Positions 36,766 through 46,189 of a stretch of DNA of 64,000 bases are shown in pieces. Position numbers and translations under genes: made by a program. Location: contig JAGORR010000001.1 of the NCBI GenBank assembly GCA_018062765.1, positions 506,485-570,484 on the forward strand, given 5' to 3'. This DNA is from Minisyncoccota bacterium. Its GTDB lineage: Bacteria; Patescibacteriota; Minisyncoccia; Phycocordibacterales; Phycocordibacteraceae. Numbering within the stretch: the stretch's first letter is position 1; each line of letters begins with the position of its first letter. The notes under the pieces are model-generated. The model saw only the letters and a program-made list of their open reading frames with translations. It was not told the DNA's origin and did no database searches.

Positions 36766-38049
36766 TTAGCTCGTGGCTGTTGGAGCGGAAGGCTTGGCGA
36801 AAAGATCATCGAGCGCAATGGTTTTCATCTGCCCCGTCCTGCGGTACGTCATCTCTATCTTTCCGGAAGCGAGCGCCTCCTTCCCCACGACGATGCGATA
36901 CGGGATGCCGTAGAGGTCTGCATCCGCGAATTTCTCTCCGGCGCGCGCATCCCTATCGTCGTACAGAACCGATGCTCCACCCTGCATCAGGCGCTGGTGC
37001 ACATCTTCCGCGAACTTTTTCGCATCTTCATTGTCCGGCATAAGGTTCAGCACATGGAACATGCAGGGTGCGACTGCCTCAGGCCACACCATTCCCTTCT
37101 CGTCTGCCAGCGCCTCGACGATAACGCCCATGAGGCGAGTCGTGCCAATGCCGTAGCAGCCCATAATCGGGTACTTGTCGGTTCCATCCTCTGCCTTGTA
37201 CGCAAAGCCAAATGCCTTAGGGTAGCGGTCTCCCAGATCAAATACATTTCCGACCTCGCTTGCAACTCCCTTCTGCATGACGCCCTTCTCGCACTTTTTA
37301 CAGCTATCACCTTCCTTGAGGTGATCGGCCACTTCTTCATTCACACAGTGTTCGCAGGAATCACAGTAGAAAATCGCATCCTCGCCCGCATTCGTAAGCA
37401 CCATGAACTCGTAGGAGATTTTCGTTGAGAACGCACCGCCGGAAGCTTCCGTCACCTTTGCCGTCAGTCCGCACGCCTTATATATGCGTAAGTACGCTTG
37501 CTTCACCTTCTCGTAAAACGCATCGAAGTCCTCCTGTGAGGTATGGAAGCTGTACATATCCTTCATGCCAAACTCGCGCCCGCGCATGATGCCGGACTTC
37601 GCGCGGAGCTCGTCACGATACTTCTGCCCAATCTGATATATCGCTTTCGGGAAGTCGCGATACGAAGGAAGATACTCGGACGCGATTGGCGTCACAATTT
37701 CTTCCTCGCTCTGGCCGAGCGCATATTCCTTATCGGTGCGGCTCTGAATCTTAAATAGCACGTCGATGGAATCCCATCCGCCGGTAGTCTTCCAAGGCTC
37801 CGCAGGGTGGAGCGTTGCCATGCGTATCTCCTGCGCGCCGAGGCTATTCATCTCGTAGCGCACGAGGGCCTCGATGTTCTCGAGGACGCGAAGCCCCAAG
37901 GGCAGGTACGAATAGGAACCCGCCATTTCCTTGTGAACGAACCCGGCACGTACTAAAAGCTCCGCGTTCTTCGCGGTCTCATCCTTAGGGGCGTCCTTGC
38001 GGGTTTTTGTGAATAGGTGCGACTGCCTCATAAATGGAGTATACGACAT
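36766..38049 (-). CDS. proS: prolyl-tRNA synthetase (short form without editing insertion)
   Basis: class II motifs and RQSHLFTKTRKDAP...LLVRAGF N-terminus; 427 aa. Confidence 0.85.
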   Translation of the reverse strand: MSYTPFMRQSHLFTKTRKDAPKDETAKNAELLVRAGFVHKEMAGSYSYLPLGLRVLENIEALVRYEMNSLGAQEIRMATLHPAEPWKTTGGWDSIDVLFKIQSRTDKEYALGQSEEEIVTPIASEYLPSYRDFPKAIYQIGQKYRDELRAKSGIMRGREFGMKDMYSFHTSQEDFDAFYEKVKQAYLRIYKACGLTAKVTEASGGAFSTKISYEFMVLTNAGEDAIFYCDSCEHCVNEEVADHLKEGDSCKKCEKGVMQKGVASEVGNVFDLGDRYPKAFGFAYKAEDGTDKYPIMGCYGIGTTRLMGVIVEALADEKGMVWPEAVAPCMFHVLNLMPDNEDAKKFAEDVHQRLMQGGASVLYDDRDARAGEKFADADLYGIPYRIVVGKEALASGKIEMTYRRTGQMKTIALDDLFAKPSAPTATS

Positions 38050-38269
38050 TGGCCTGTTAGGAGCGAAAGCGAGTCAGAGGCCAAGAAGTGCCCTTGTGGT
38101 GCGACATTGCCTTGTCGGGAGCGACATTTCCTTTTTGGACTAGTGAAAGCCTCTCAAAATCGATGCTACGCAAGGCGCGGAGCTAAGGCATTGCGAGGCG
38201 TATCGAGTATACGATGAGCGATGCCGGGAGGCTCCGCAACGATGCAGAGCGCGATTTGGAGAGGCTTGC

Positions 38270-39382
38270 TTAGATCAGCTTACCAATATCGGAGATAGTC
38301 ACGGCAACCATGAGGAGGATCAGGAATGCAAAACCAAGGGCGTTCACGGCGCCTGCTACCTTCGTCGGGATTTTGCGACGCGTAATCGCCTCGATGATAA
38401 CGAACAGGAGGCGGCCGCCATCGAGCGCCGGCACCGGAAGCAAGTTGATGATGGCGAGGTTAATGGAAATCACCGCGGCAAGCGTGATTAAGGAAGTAGC
38501 GCCGATATTTGTAGCGTCCCCGACCGCAGTTGCAATACCGACAGGGCCCGCGACCTGCGTAAGGTCCGCAGACAAGTCGAAGATGCTTATAAAGAATACG
38601 GAAAGACCAATGGCTGTCTGCTTCGTTATCTCCCACGTGTAGCGTGCTCCCTCAATCGGTGCACGAGTAAGAGACATAGGCACCGTTCCGATCACCGCAA
38701 CCGAAACGCCAAGCGCGCGGCGCTCAGGTTCAGACTCGATGACACCAGCTTTAGGGAGCGCCGACACGAGAATCTCTTCGCTGCCGCGTGTGAGCTTGAA
38801 CGTCACGGGACTTCCCGCCGGAGTTTCAGCAACAAATGCGGTGAAATCTTTAGGATCATTCCCTGCGAATATGCGCGTGCCTGCGTTCGAGGATACTTCG
38901 CGCACCGTGTCTCCCGCCATGAGCCCATTTGTTTCCGCCGGAGAACCTGGGGCAACGTACGCAAAGACTATAGACGCGTCCGGCGCGCTCGCGATTTCGC
39001 TATCCTCAAGAGCGCGCGGCGTGCCGACCAGTAAGCTTCCCGTAATTAAAAGCCACGCGAATACGATATTCATCGCGACGCCAGCGACGAGAACTACGGC
39101 CTGCAGTGCACGGTTCTTTGAAGAGAATGCTCGGGAGCTATCTATCGATTCTGACTCCTTCCCTTCAGGATCATCCTCTCCGTATATCTTCACGAAGCCT
39201 CCGAACGGCAGCCAGTTAAGACTGTATACCGTCTCGCCAAATTTCCATCCCTTCGCGCGTGGCGGATACCCGACACCAAATTCATCGACCCGCATCCCTG
39301 AAAGTTTTGCTGCGAAAAAATGACCGAGCTCATGTACGACGATGAGCGCGACGAGGACAATGATGAGCAGAATGACTGACAT
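38270..39382 (-). CDS. rseP: site-2 protease RseP family zinc metalloprotease
   Basis: HELGHFFAAK HExxH motif in TM1, PDZ domain and C-terminal TM helices. Confidence 0.8.
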   Translation of the reverse strand: MSVILLIIVLVALIVVHELGHFFAAKLSGMRVDEFGVGYPPRAKGWKFGETVYSLNWLPFGGFVKIYGEDDPEGKESESIDSSRAFSSKNRALQAVVLVAGVAMNIVFAWLLITGSLLVGTPRALEDSEIASAPDASIVFAYVAPGSPAETNGLMAGDTVREVSSNAGTRIFAGNDPKDFTAFVAETPAGSPVTFKLTRGSEEILVSALPKAGVIESEPERRALGVSVAVIGTVPMSLTRAPIEGARYTWEITKQTAIGLSVFFISIFDLSADLTQVAGPVGIATAVGDATNIGATSLITLAAVISINLAIINLLPVPALDGGRLLFVIIEAITRRKIPTKVAGAVNALGFAFLILLMVAVTISDIGKLI

Positions 39383-39388
39383 GCAAGA

Positions 39389-39940
39389 TTACTGCGCTAT
39401 TTCCTCTTCTTTCTTCTTCTCGAGAAGCATCAATGCCTCGACGCCGGCGTCGATGAGCTTCTGCACCTCCGCCTTATAGCGTGCGACTTCGTCTTTACCC
39501 ACACCGCCACCTTTTTCCATCTCGTCGAGTTCCTTAATGGAATCTGTACGGTGCCCGCGAAGGGTGACTTTCGCCGTCTCGTGTTTCTCTCCTGCGAGCT
39601 TCGTGAGCATGATGCGGCGTTCGGCAGTAAGCATCGGAAAGGAGACGCGAAGTCCCGAGTCGTCGGAAGCGACCGACACACCGAGATCAGCCTCGATAAT
39701 CGCCCTCTCAATGTCTTTTGTTACTGACTTATCCCATGGCGAGACACGTAGTGTTCGCGCGTCCTCGATGCCAACAGCAGCGACCTGGTTCAATGGGGTA
39801 CGCGCGCCGTATACCTCGGGCTTTATGGAGTCGAGAAGCGCGGGCGATGCGCGACCAGTGCGCACACCAGCGAGCTCGCGCTGAAGCCACTCCTCAGTCT
39901 CCTTTATCTTCGCTTTGAGCGGATTGAAGTCGTAAGCCAT
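39389..39940 (-). CDS. frr: ribosome recycling factor
   Basis: 183 aa; RRF signature along the whole length. Confidence 0.9.
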   Translation of the reverse strand: MAYDFNPLKAKIKETEEWLQRELAGVRTGRASPALLDSIKPEVYGARTPLNQVAAVGIEDARTLRVSPWDKSVTKDIERAIIEADLGVSVASDDSGLRVSFPMLTAERRIMLTKLAGEKHETAKVTLRGHRTDSIKELDEMEKGGGVGKDEVARYKAEVQKLIDAGVEALMLLEKKKEEEIAQ

Positions 39941-40021
39941 TAGGATTCAGCGTACAGCGTTTAGCGTACAGGTGACAGTAATAACAACAGTATAGCAAAA
40001 GAGCATCTGCCGACCATGTTG

Positions 40022-40705
40022 CTAGGCTTTCGGAGCAGTAATGAGGAGGTGCTCGAGAATCGGTTTTAAGGGCGCGGCGCGGTCGGTAAGAACCGGGATG
40101 AGACGGTTAAGGTCTTGAAGAAACGGGATTAGTTTTCCGTCATCCGCTTTCTGCCACTTTTGGTGCGCAAGTACTGCGAGTCCCTCCGCAAGCTTTCGCG
40201 CACGTGCGCGCGCTTCGAGTTTATCTTCCTCATCGTCCGATTTTGCGTCCTTCAGTATCGACTCGACTACCTTTCCGCGCGCACCAGCGCTTCCCTTCCA
40301 AAACTCCTCGGCGTCTTCCGTCACCTTCGGCTTCGCGCTCTGACGTACCGGAAGCGGCAAGAGTCGGGAGCGAGTAGTCTCTAGGAGATCTCCCTCGGAC
40401 GGAACGATGACTATGATCGTCGTTCCTTCAGGTGGTTCCTCAAGCGTTTTCAGAAGCGCGTTCTGCGCTTCATGGAAGATGCGTCCGGCAGCGATGACGA
40501 GCGCTTTCTCGCTTCCGGAAACCGAACGGAGGCTCGCCTTGTCGTTAATGCGACGCGCGTCATCCACTTTCAAAAGCCCGTGCCGCTCGACGATGACGTT
40601 CGGATTACCACCGCCTTCTAACCCGCGCTCACGGGAAAGAAACTCTAGTGCAGCGACTATCCCCTCCTCCTGTTCGCCAGTAACGAAATACGCATGATGC
40701 GCCAT
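40022..40705 (-). CDS. holB: DNA polymerase III delta' subunit
   Basis: AAA+-like fold with ALLKTLEEPP motif; start taken at MAHHAYF. Confidence 0.7.
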   Translation of the reverse strand: MAHHAYFVTGEQEEGIVAALEFLSRERGLEGGGNPNVIVERHGLLKVDDARRINDKASLRSVSGSEKALVIAAGRIFHEAQNALLKTLEEPPEGTTIIVIVPSEGDLLETTRSRLLPLPVRQSAKPKVTEDAEEFWKGSAGARGKVVESILKDAKSDDEEDKLEARARARKLAEGLAVLAHQKWQKADDGKLIPFLQDLNRLIPVLTDRAAPLKPILEHLLITAPKA

Positions 40706-40900
40706 TGAAGCAATCATAGCGCACTGTCTTCATGTACGTTTGATGAACGAAATATGGCTTATTTACTCGATATTTCTGTAATGTCCGTTTCCTTCGTCCG
40801 TCTTCCAAGAAGTACCCGATGAACTGCTTCGTGCGGTTCTGTCGAAACGGGGAGCCGCCCCTCGGGCGGCATTGCAAGCAAGGCTAATCATCCACTTACT

Positions 40901-42172
40901 ATGATGAGTACATTTGCAGCTAAGGCAGGAGCAGTCGCGCTCGCGCCATTCTTGGCGTTCGGTGCGCATGGAGGCGCAACCGCTGACATGAATGCGCACC
41001 ACGGGAACGCAAACGCGAACGCTAAGTTCACTGCGGCAGCCTCCGTGAAGGCAGCTGAAACAGATGAGAATGAATCGGACCTCGCGTGTACTGAGCTTGA
41101 ACGAACCCTCTACTGGGGTAGCCGTGACCGCGGCACGGAAGGCGAAGTAACCGAGCTCCAGGCATTTCTTAATGCCTCGGGGTATCTATCCGCTGAGCCA
41201 TCCGGATTCTTCGGTATGTCTACCTATCGCGCCGTACGCGCGTTCCAGGCAGATGCTGATATCCGTGCAACCGGATTCGTGGGCTCACAGACCCGCGAAG
41301 CAATAGAAGACGCGAGCTGTGAGGACATGAACGAGGACCTAGCCATCACGTCGATTGATGCGCCAACGACGCTTGCGCTTGACGCTGAAGGAACCTGGAC
41401 CGTTAACGTCAACACTGACCCGGATGCGGGCTCTCTCCGTTACGCCGTAAAGTGGGGTGACGAAAACATGTTCGCGCGCATGGCGGGCATGGACGAGGAC
41501 GTGCAGACGTCCGCTACCTTCACCCACACCTACTCAAGCGAAGGAACGTACACGCCTGAGTTCACTGTCACCGACGAGGACGGTAACACCGTGACGAAAT
41601 CTGCCGCCTCTGTCGTGGTCTCAAATGACATGGACGAGGCGCCGGTAATCACCGCCATTAGCAAGTCTGAGGCGACCATCGGTACTGAGCTTACCCTTAC
41701 GGGAACGGGCTTCACCGAGGACAGCGTGGTCCATCTCGGCTCGACTGAGGTAGACGCAACATTCGTAAGCGACACATCGCTCACGTTTGTCGCTCCTGAT
41801 ATCGCGCTTGGCGCGTACAGCGTCACCGTGCATGACGGGGACGATACGAGTAACGCGATAGATCTGAAGCTCATCGAGAAGACCAAGGCACGTGTCTCAA
41901 TCTCGGGCGTCGATGCTCCGGTATCCCTCTCGATTGACGAGGAAGGTACGTGGACCGTCCACGCTGACACGAACGCTGAGAATCTCTCCTACTCCGTAGA
42001 GTGGGGCGATGAAGGATTCATGGCGCGCATGATGGACTCGACCACTGTACAGACGTCTTCGACGTTCACCCACACCTATACGGACGCGGGTACGTACACG
42101 CCGAAGTTCACCGTGTCGGATGCTAACGGCGTTAGCTCGTCGGTCTCTACAACCGTGGTCGTGACCGAGTAA
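40901..42172 (+). CDS. secreted protein with peptidoglycan-binding, PKD and IPT/TIG domains
   Basis: signal peptide; PG_binding_1-like segment (TLYWGSRDRG...VRAFQ); two WGDE...FTHTY PKD-like repeats flanking an IPT-like segment. Confidence 0.7.
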   Translation: MMSTFAAKAGAVALAPFLAFGAHGGATADMNAHHGNANANAKFTAAASVKAAETDENESDLACTELERTLYWGSRDRGTEGEVTELQAFLNASGYLSAEPSGFFGMSTYRAVRAFQADADIRATGFVGSQTREAIEDASCEDMNEDLAITSIDAPTTLALDAEGTWTVNVNTDPDAGSLRYAVKWGDENMFARMAGMDEDVQTSATFTHTYSSEGTYTPEFTVTDEDGNTVTKSAASVVVSNDMDEAPVITAISKSEATIGTELTLTGTGFTEDSVVHLGSTEVDATFVSDTSLTFVAPDIALGAYSVTVHDGDDTSNAIDLKLIEKTKARVSISGVDAPVSLSIDEEGTWTVHADTNAENLSYSVEWGDEGFMARMMDSTTVQTSSTFTHTYTDAGTYTPKFTVSDANGVSSSVSTTVVVTE

Positions 42173-42236
42173 CACACCAAGCCACTCCAGGACACCAAGA
42201 AGTTGAGTAAAGGTGTACTTCCTGACAGCCCCACTA

Positions 42237-42277
42237 CAACACCACAGGCCGCCCGAAGGGCGGCCTGTGGTGTTGTA
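42237..42277 (+). terminator. long hairpin terminator
   Basis: acaacaccacaggccgcc-cgaa-gggcggcctgtggtgttgt (18-bp stem); weak U-tract. Confidence 0.6.
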
Positions 42278-42353
42278 CAACGCATCTCATTGACCACGTA
42301 GCGAGACAGGCATAGGGTTCCTGACAGGAGTTCAGCGCACCAAGGAGAGTCAT

Positions 42354-42851
42354 ATGCGTGTACCAGTGTTCGTCTCGACAATCGTCGCGCTATGCACGGG
42401 AGCATTCATCGCGTCCGCGGAGCCGGCCCTTAAAACCAAGGACGGAGAGGACCTCGCCTTCGTCATCGCAATCGGCGCGTTGTGCGATAGCCAACGGGCG
42501 ATGCAGGAGTATCTCGACGCTCATCTCGCACTCGACGCGAACGCCGACGACTTGCCTGCCCGCGCGCGAATCGAACAGCTCGCCGCAAGCCGCGAGTGCA
42601 CTATCGTCTCGCAGGAGGAAGATGTCGTCGTTAAGACGGTGGTGCTTAAGGTGACTGGAGAAGTTGCGCGCATTACCGCGAGCGGCCACAGAATTGTCAT
42701 CCTCAAGGGTGAGCCGGTTCGAGTCGTGACGCACGGCGCGATTGGCGACGCGATAAAGCCCGGCACCATTTACTATGCACTCGCATCCGCTGATGCATTC
42801 GACTTAAAAACTCGAGGCGAAGCGATGAAGCCTGACGGCACTCCGATATGA
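42354..42851 (+). CDS. secreted hypothetical protein
   Basis: AAGGAG SD; signal peptide; 165 aa. Confidence 0.55.
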   Translation: MRVPVFVSTIVALCTGAFIASAEPALKTKDGEDLAFVIAIGALCDSQRAMQEYLDAHLALDANADDLPARARIEQLAASRECTIVSQEEDVVVKTVVLKVTGEVARITASGHRIVILKGEPVRVVTHGAIGDAIKPGTIYYALASADAFDLKTRGEAMKPDGTPI

Positions 42852-42858
42852 CAACACA

Positions 42859-42897
42859 CGGCGCAGACATTTCATGTCTGCGCCGTCTTCACATTCC
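42859..42897 (+). terminator. rho-independent terminator
   Basis: cggcgcagacat-ttc-atgtctgcgccg. Confidence 0.7.
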
Positions 42898-42924
42898 GCA
42901 TGAAGGGGAGAATGTTTTGCGCTG

Positions 42925-43938
42925 CTATTTCCGAGCGATGATGCTTTTCTTGTACACGTCGAGATGCTTGAGAGCGATTCCCGTTCCCCGCGCCACACAG
43001 TAGTAGGCGTCTGGAGCAAGCTTTGCCGAGACACCAGTGCGTCGCAGCACCAATTCCGGCATCATCCGGAGTTGCGACGAGCCACCTGTAAGGATGATGC
43101 CGTTATCGATGATGTCGGAGGCCAACTCCGGTGGCGTGTCCTGAAGAACCTTACGTACTGCACCCATCATTTCGCGCAACTCCCGGTTCATCGCCTGCAC
43201 CAACTCGTTCGATTTGATGTCGACGGTACGCGGAAGCCCCGAGACAAGGTCGCGTCCTTTGACGCCAAGCGTTAATTCCTCCGTAAGCGGCACGGCGGCA
43301 CCCACCGTTATCTTCACTTCCTCCGCAGTCTTATCGCCTATCGCGAGGTTGTACTGCTTTTTTATGTAATCAGCGACTGCTTGGTCGAGTCGGTTACCTG
43401 CGCACTTCACGGATGTCGCTGCGACAATCCCGCCAAGAGAAATCACCGCAACGTCAGTCGTCCCTCCCCCGATATCAACGACCATGCGACCCATCGGCTC
43501 ATGAATCGGGATGCCCGCACCTATCGCCGCGAGGATGGGCTCTTTGACGACGAACGCGTCCCTGGCGCCTGCCTTTATCGCTGCTTCGATGACGGCGCGT
43601 TTCTCGGTCGAAGTCACACCCGCAGGAACGGAGACTAGGACGGTCGGACGAAATGGATTCCACCTTCCCACCGCTTTACGTATGAAATAGCGAAGCATCG
43701 CTTCCGTCACGCGGTAGTCCGCGATAACCCCATCCTTCATCGGTCGGTACGCAACGATGGAATCTGGGGTGCGGCCCACCATTTGCTTCGCTTCCGCGCC
43801 AATGGCGAGCACTTTATTGGTCTCCTTGGAGACCGCCACCACAGACGGCTCGTTAATGACGACGCCTTTTCCTGGCAAAAAAACGAGCACGTTCGTGGTC
43901 CCGAGATCGATGCCAAGCCGTGGAGAGAAAAACGACAT
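42925..43938 (-). CDS. MreB/Mbl-family actin homolog (second copy)
   Basis: MSFFSPRLGIDLGTTNVLVF..., DIGGGTTD; start trimmed to MSFFS; the upstream 500 nt of the table ORF is antisense to murA. Confidence 0.8.
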   Translation of the reverse strand: MSFFSPRLGIDLGTTNVLVFLPGKGVVINEPSVVAVSKETNKVLAIGAEAKQMVGRTPDSIVAYRPMKDGVIADYRVTEAMLRYFIRKAVGRWNPFRPTVLVSVPAGVTSTEKRAVIEAAIKAGARDAFVVKEPILAAIGAGIPIHEPMGRMVVDIGGGTTDVAVISLGGIVAATSVKCAGNRLDQAVADYIKKQYNLAIGDKTAEEVKITVGAAVPLTEELTLGVKGRDLVSGLPRTVDIKSNELVQAMNRELREMMGAVRKVLQDTPPELASDIIDNGIILTGGSSQLRMMPELVLRRTGVSAKLAPDAYYCVARGTGIALKHLDVYKKSIIARK

Positions 43939-43984
43939 GTCCCCATGATACGCGCGCGGCTTCGCTGACGCAAAAAATGGTAAG

Positions 43985-45316
43985 ATGTTCGCCATGACGG
44001 AATCCGACGGGCTCTCATTCGTCGTAGATGGCGGCCACCCGCTCTCAGGCTCCATCACGACGAACCGTTCAAAAAACGGTGCGGTCGCGCTCCTTGCTGC
44101 TTCACTCTTGAATCGCGGCACTTCGACCTTCAAGGAGATGCCAAAGATTGAAGAGGTGCATCGCCTCGTTGAAGTGTTGCGCTCCATAGGGGTCAAGGCC
44201 GAATGGATGGACCACGACCTTATCGTGACTCCTCCCGAGAAGCTCACGCTCGAGACCATTGATGTGGCGGCCGCGATGAAGACGCGGAGCATCTTGACCT
44301 TTATCGGCTCCTTGGTGCACCACTTCCCCTCCTTCGATATCCCGCAATCAGGCGGGTGCGACTTCGGCGTACGCACGGCGCGCCCACACCTGTGGGCTCT
44401 CGAGCGTTTCGGCGTCACCATCGAAACCAAGAGTGACAAATACCGCGTCTCTCATGAAGGCCTGAAGCCTGCGGAGATAGTCCTCTACGAGTCGAGCGAC
44501 ACCGCGACGATAAGCGCGCTCCTAACCGCCTCGCACGTCCCGGGTGTCTCGATTGTCAAATATGCTTCTGCCAACTACCAGGTGCAGGAAGTGTGCGGCT
44601 ATCTGCGCGACTTGGGCGTGAAGATAGAGGGTATTGGGACGACGACGCTAAAGGTCATGGGAGTCGCAGATATACGAAAAGATATTTCTTACACGGTTGC
44701 GGAAGACCCTACCGACGCGATGTGCTTCATCGCTGCAGCGGCGGTCACACACTCAGGCATCGAGATACGGCGAGCCCCTATCGAATTTTTAGAGGTCGAG
44801 CTCGCCGTCCTTGAGAAGATGGGTCTTAAGTTCTCATTCAGGAATCCACAGCTTTCTGAAAACGGCATCACGCGTCTCGCGGACGTCGTCATCGAGCCAT
44901 CGGACTTAGTCGCCTTCCCAGAGAAAATACATCCGCGACCATATCCAGGTCTCAACATCGATACGCTCCCCTTCTTTGCAGCGATAGCTACCCAGGCCAG
45001 AGGCACCACGATGATTCACGATTGGGTCTTCGATAAGCGCGCGGTTTATTACACCGAGCTCGATCGTCTTGGAGCAAAGACACTGCTACTTGATCCGCAC
45101 CGCATCCAGATAGAGGGACCAACGAAACTCAAGGCAGCCGATATCACCGCACCCCCGGCCTTGCGCCCTGCAGCAGTCATCCTTATCGCTATGCTTGCCG
45201 CCGAAGGAACCTCGAAACTCTCGAACGTGTACAGCATCAACAGGGGCTATGAGGACCTCGCGTCCCGGCTCGCTTCACTTGGTGCTCACATAGAAAGCGT
45301 ACACTCGACGGTGTAA
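43985..45316 (+). CDS. murA: UDP-N-acetylglucosamine 1-carboxyvinyltransferase MurA
   Basis: EPSP-synthase fold; active-site Cys region; 443 aa. Confidence 0.9.
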   Translation: MFAMTESDGLSFVVDGGHPLSGSITTNRSKNGAVALLAASLLNRGTSTFKEMPKIEEVHRLVEVLRSIGVKAEWMDHDLIVTPPEKLTLETIDVAAAMKTRSILTFIGSLVHHFPSFDIPQSGGCDFGVRTARPHLWALERFGVTIETKSDKYRVSHEGLKPAEIVLYESSDTATISALLTASHVPGVSIVKYASANYQVQEVCGYLRDLGVKIEGIGTTTLKVMGVADIRKDISYTVAEDPTDAMCFIAAAAVTHSGIEIRRAPIEFLEVELAVLEKMGLKFSFRNPQLSENGITRLADVVIEPSDLVAFPEKIHPRPYPGLNIDTLPFFAAIATQARGTTMIHDWVFDKRAVYYTELDRLGAKTLLLDPHRIQIEGPTKLKAADITAPPALRPAAVILIAMLAAEGTSKLSNVYSINRGYEDLASRLASLGAHIESVHSTV

Positions 45317-45359
45317 GGGTATTGGCAGCCTTTCGTCATTCCTGATACGCTACTGCGAC

Positions 45360-46157
45360 ATGACCGACCCTAGACCTTTTTCTCTCTCCCGACACCTCCG
45401 CCGGTACGGCATCTGGTGGGCCGTCCTCTTATTTGTCGCCATACTCGCAGGTGGCTTTGCGCTAGGCTACCGAGTCGGCCCTGGCCTCTCTATTGTGAAA
45501 GCAGGCACCCTCGTCCTCACTGACCTACCGGAATCGACCTCTATCTACGTTGACACGAAGCTGCGCGCCACCGTCAAGAGTGGCGGCGAATATCGCACGC
45601 GTCTCGTACCTGGCGTCCACACCATCATCGTCGATTCTGAAGGACGCACCCCCTGGCAAGACGCAGTCGTGATTGTCGGTAGCGAGGAGACGGTTAAGGA
45701 GCCTTTGCTGCTTGCCACGCGGCCTGACGGCGCAGTGCTTCGCGCTGAGGAGCGCGCGAGGGCGATACAGGCGATTGATGCGCAGCGCATCCCGACCATA
45801 GCAACCGCGCTCACGGTTGGCTGCACCGATATCTACGTCGCTCAGAATCGCATCATGGGACGCGCGGTCCCGGGCTGCGAGAATACTCCTGACTATCTGT
45901 GCGAGGCCGGCGACTGCACGGCACCTACCATGCTCCTTGCACCTATCGAAACCATAACCTCCCTTATTGCGTACCCAGGACGCAACGACACCCTCCTCTT
46001 CACCATCGGTGATTTCGTCTACGCGCTTGATATCGATCCACGAGACCCTCGTTTCTTCGCGCCTTTCATCCGTACTTCGATGCCGAGAGTTGGACTTGGG
46101 GAAGAAGGTACGCTCCTTCTTAAGGACGAAGACAACGCCTACTCCTTCACGCTCTAG
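45360..46157 (+). CDS. membrane-anchored PEGA-domain protein
   Basis: TM helix then SIYVDTKLRATVKSGGEYRTRLVPGVHTIIVDSEGRTPWQDAVVI (PEGA-like). Confidence 0.55.
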   Translation: MTDPRPFSLSRHLRRYGIWWAVLLFVAILAGGFALGYRVGPGLSIVKAGTLVLTDLPESTSIYVDTKLRATVKSGGEYRTRLVPGVHTIIVDSEGRTPWQDAVVIVGSEETVKEPLLLATRPDGAVLRAEERARAIQAIDAQRIPTIATALTVGCTDIYVAQNRIMGRAVPGCENTPDYLCEAGDCTAPTMLLAPIETITSLIAYPGRNDTLLFTIGDFVYALDIDPRDPRFFAPFIRTSMPRVGLGEEGTLLLKDEDNAYSFTL

Positions 46158-46189
46158 AGCGTAGAGCGTCCAGTGCTACAGTGGGGGCG

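Noticed and set aside
38739-39323. 194-aa plus-strand ORF
   Set aside because: It is antisense to rseP.
43939-44439. Upstream 167 codons of the 504-aa minus-strand table ORF
   Set aside because: It is antisense to the murA N-terminus. The MreB-like protein starts at the conserved MSFFSPRLGIDLG.
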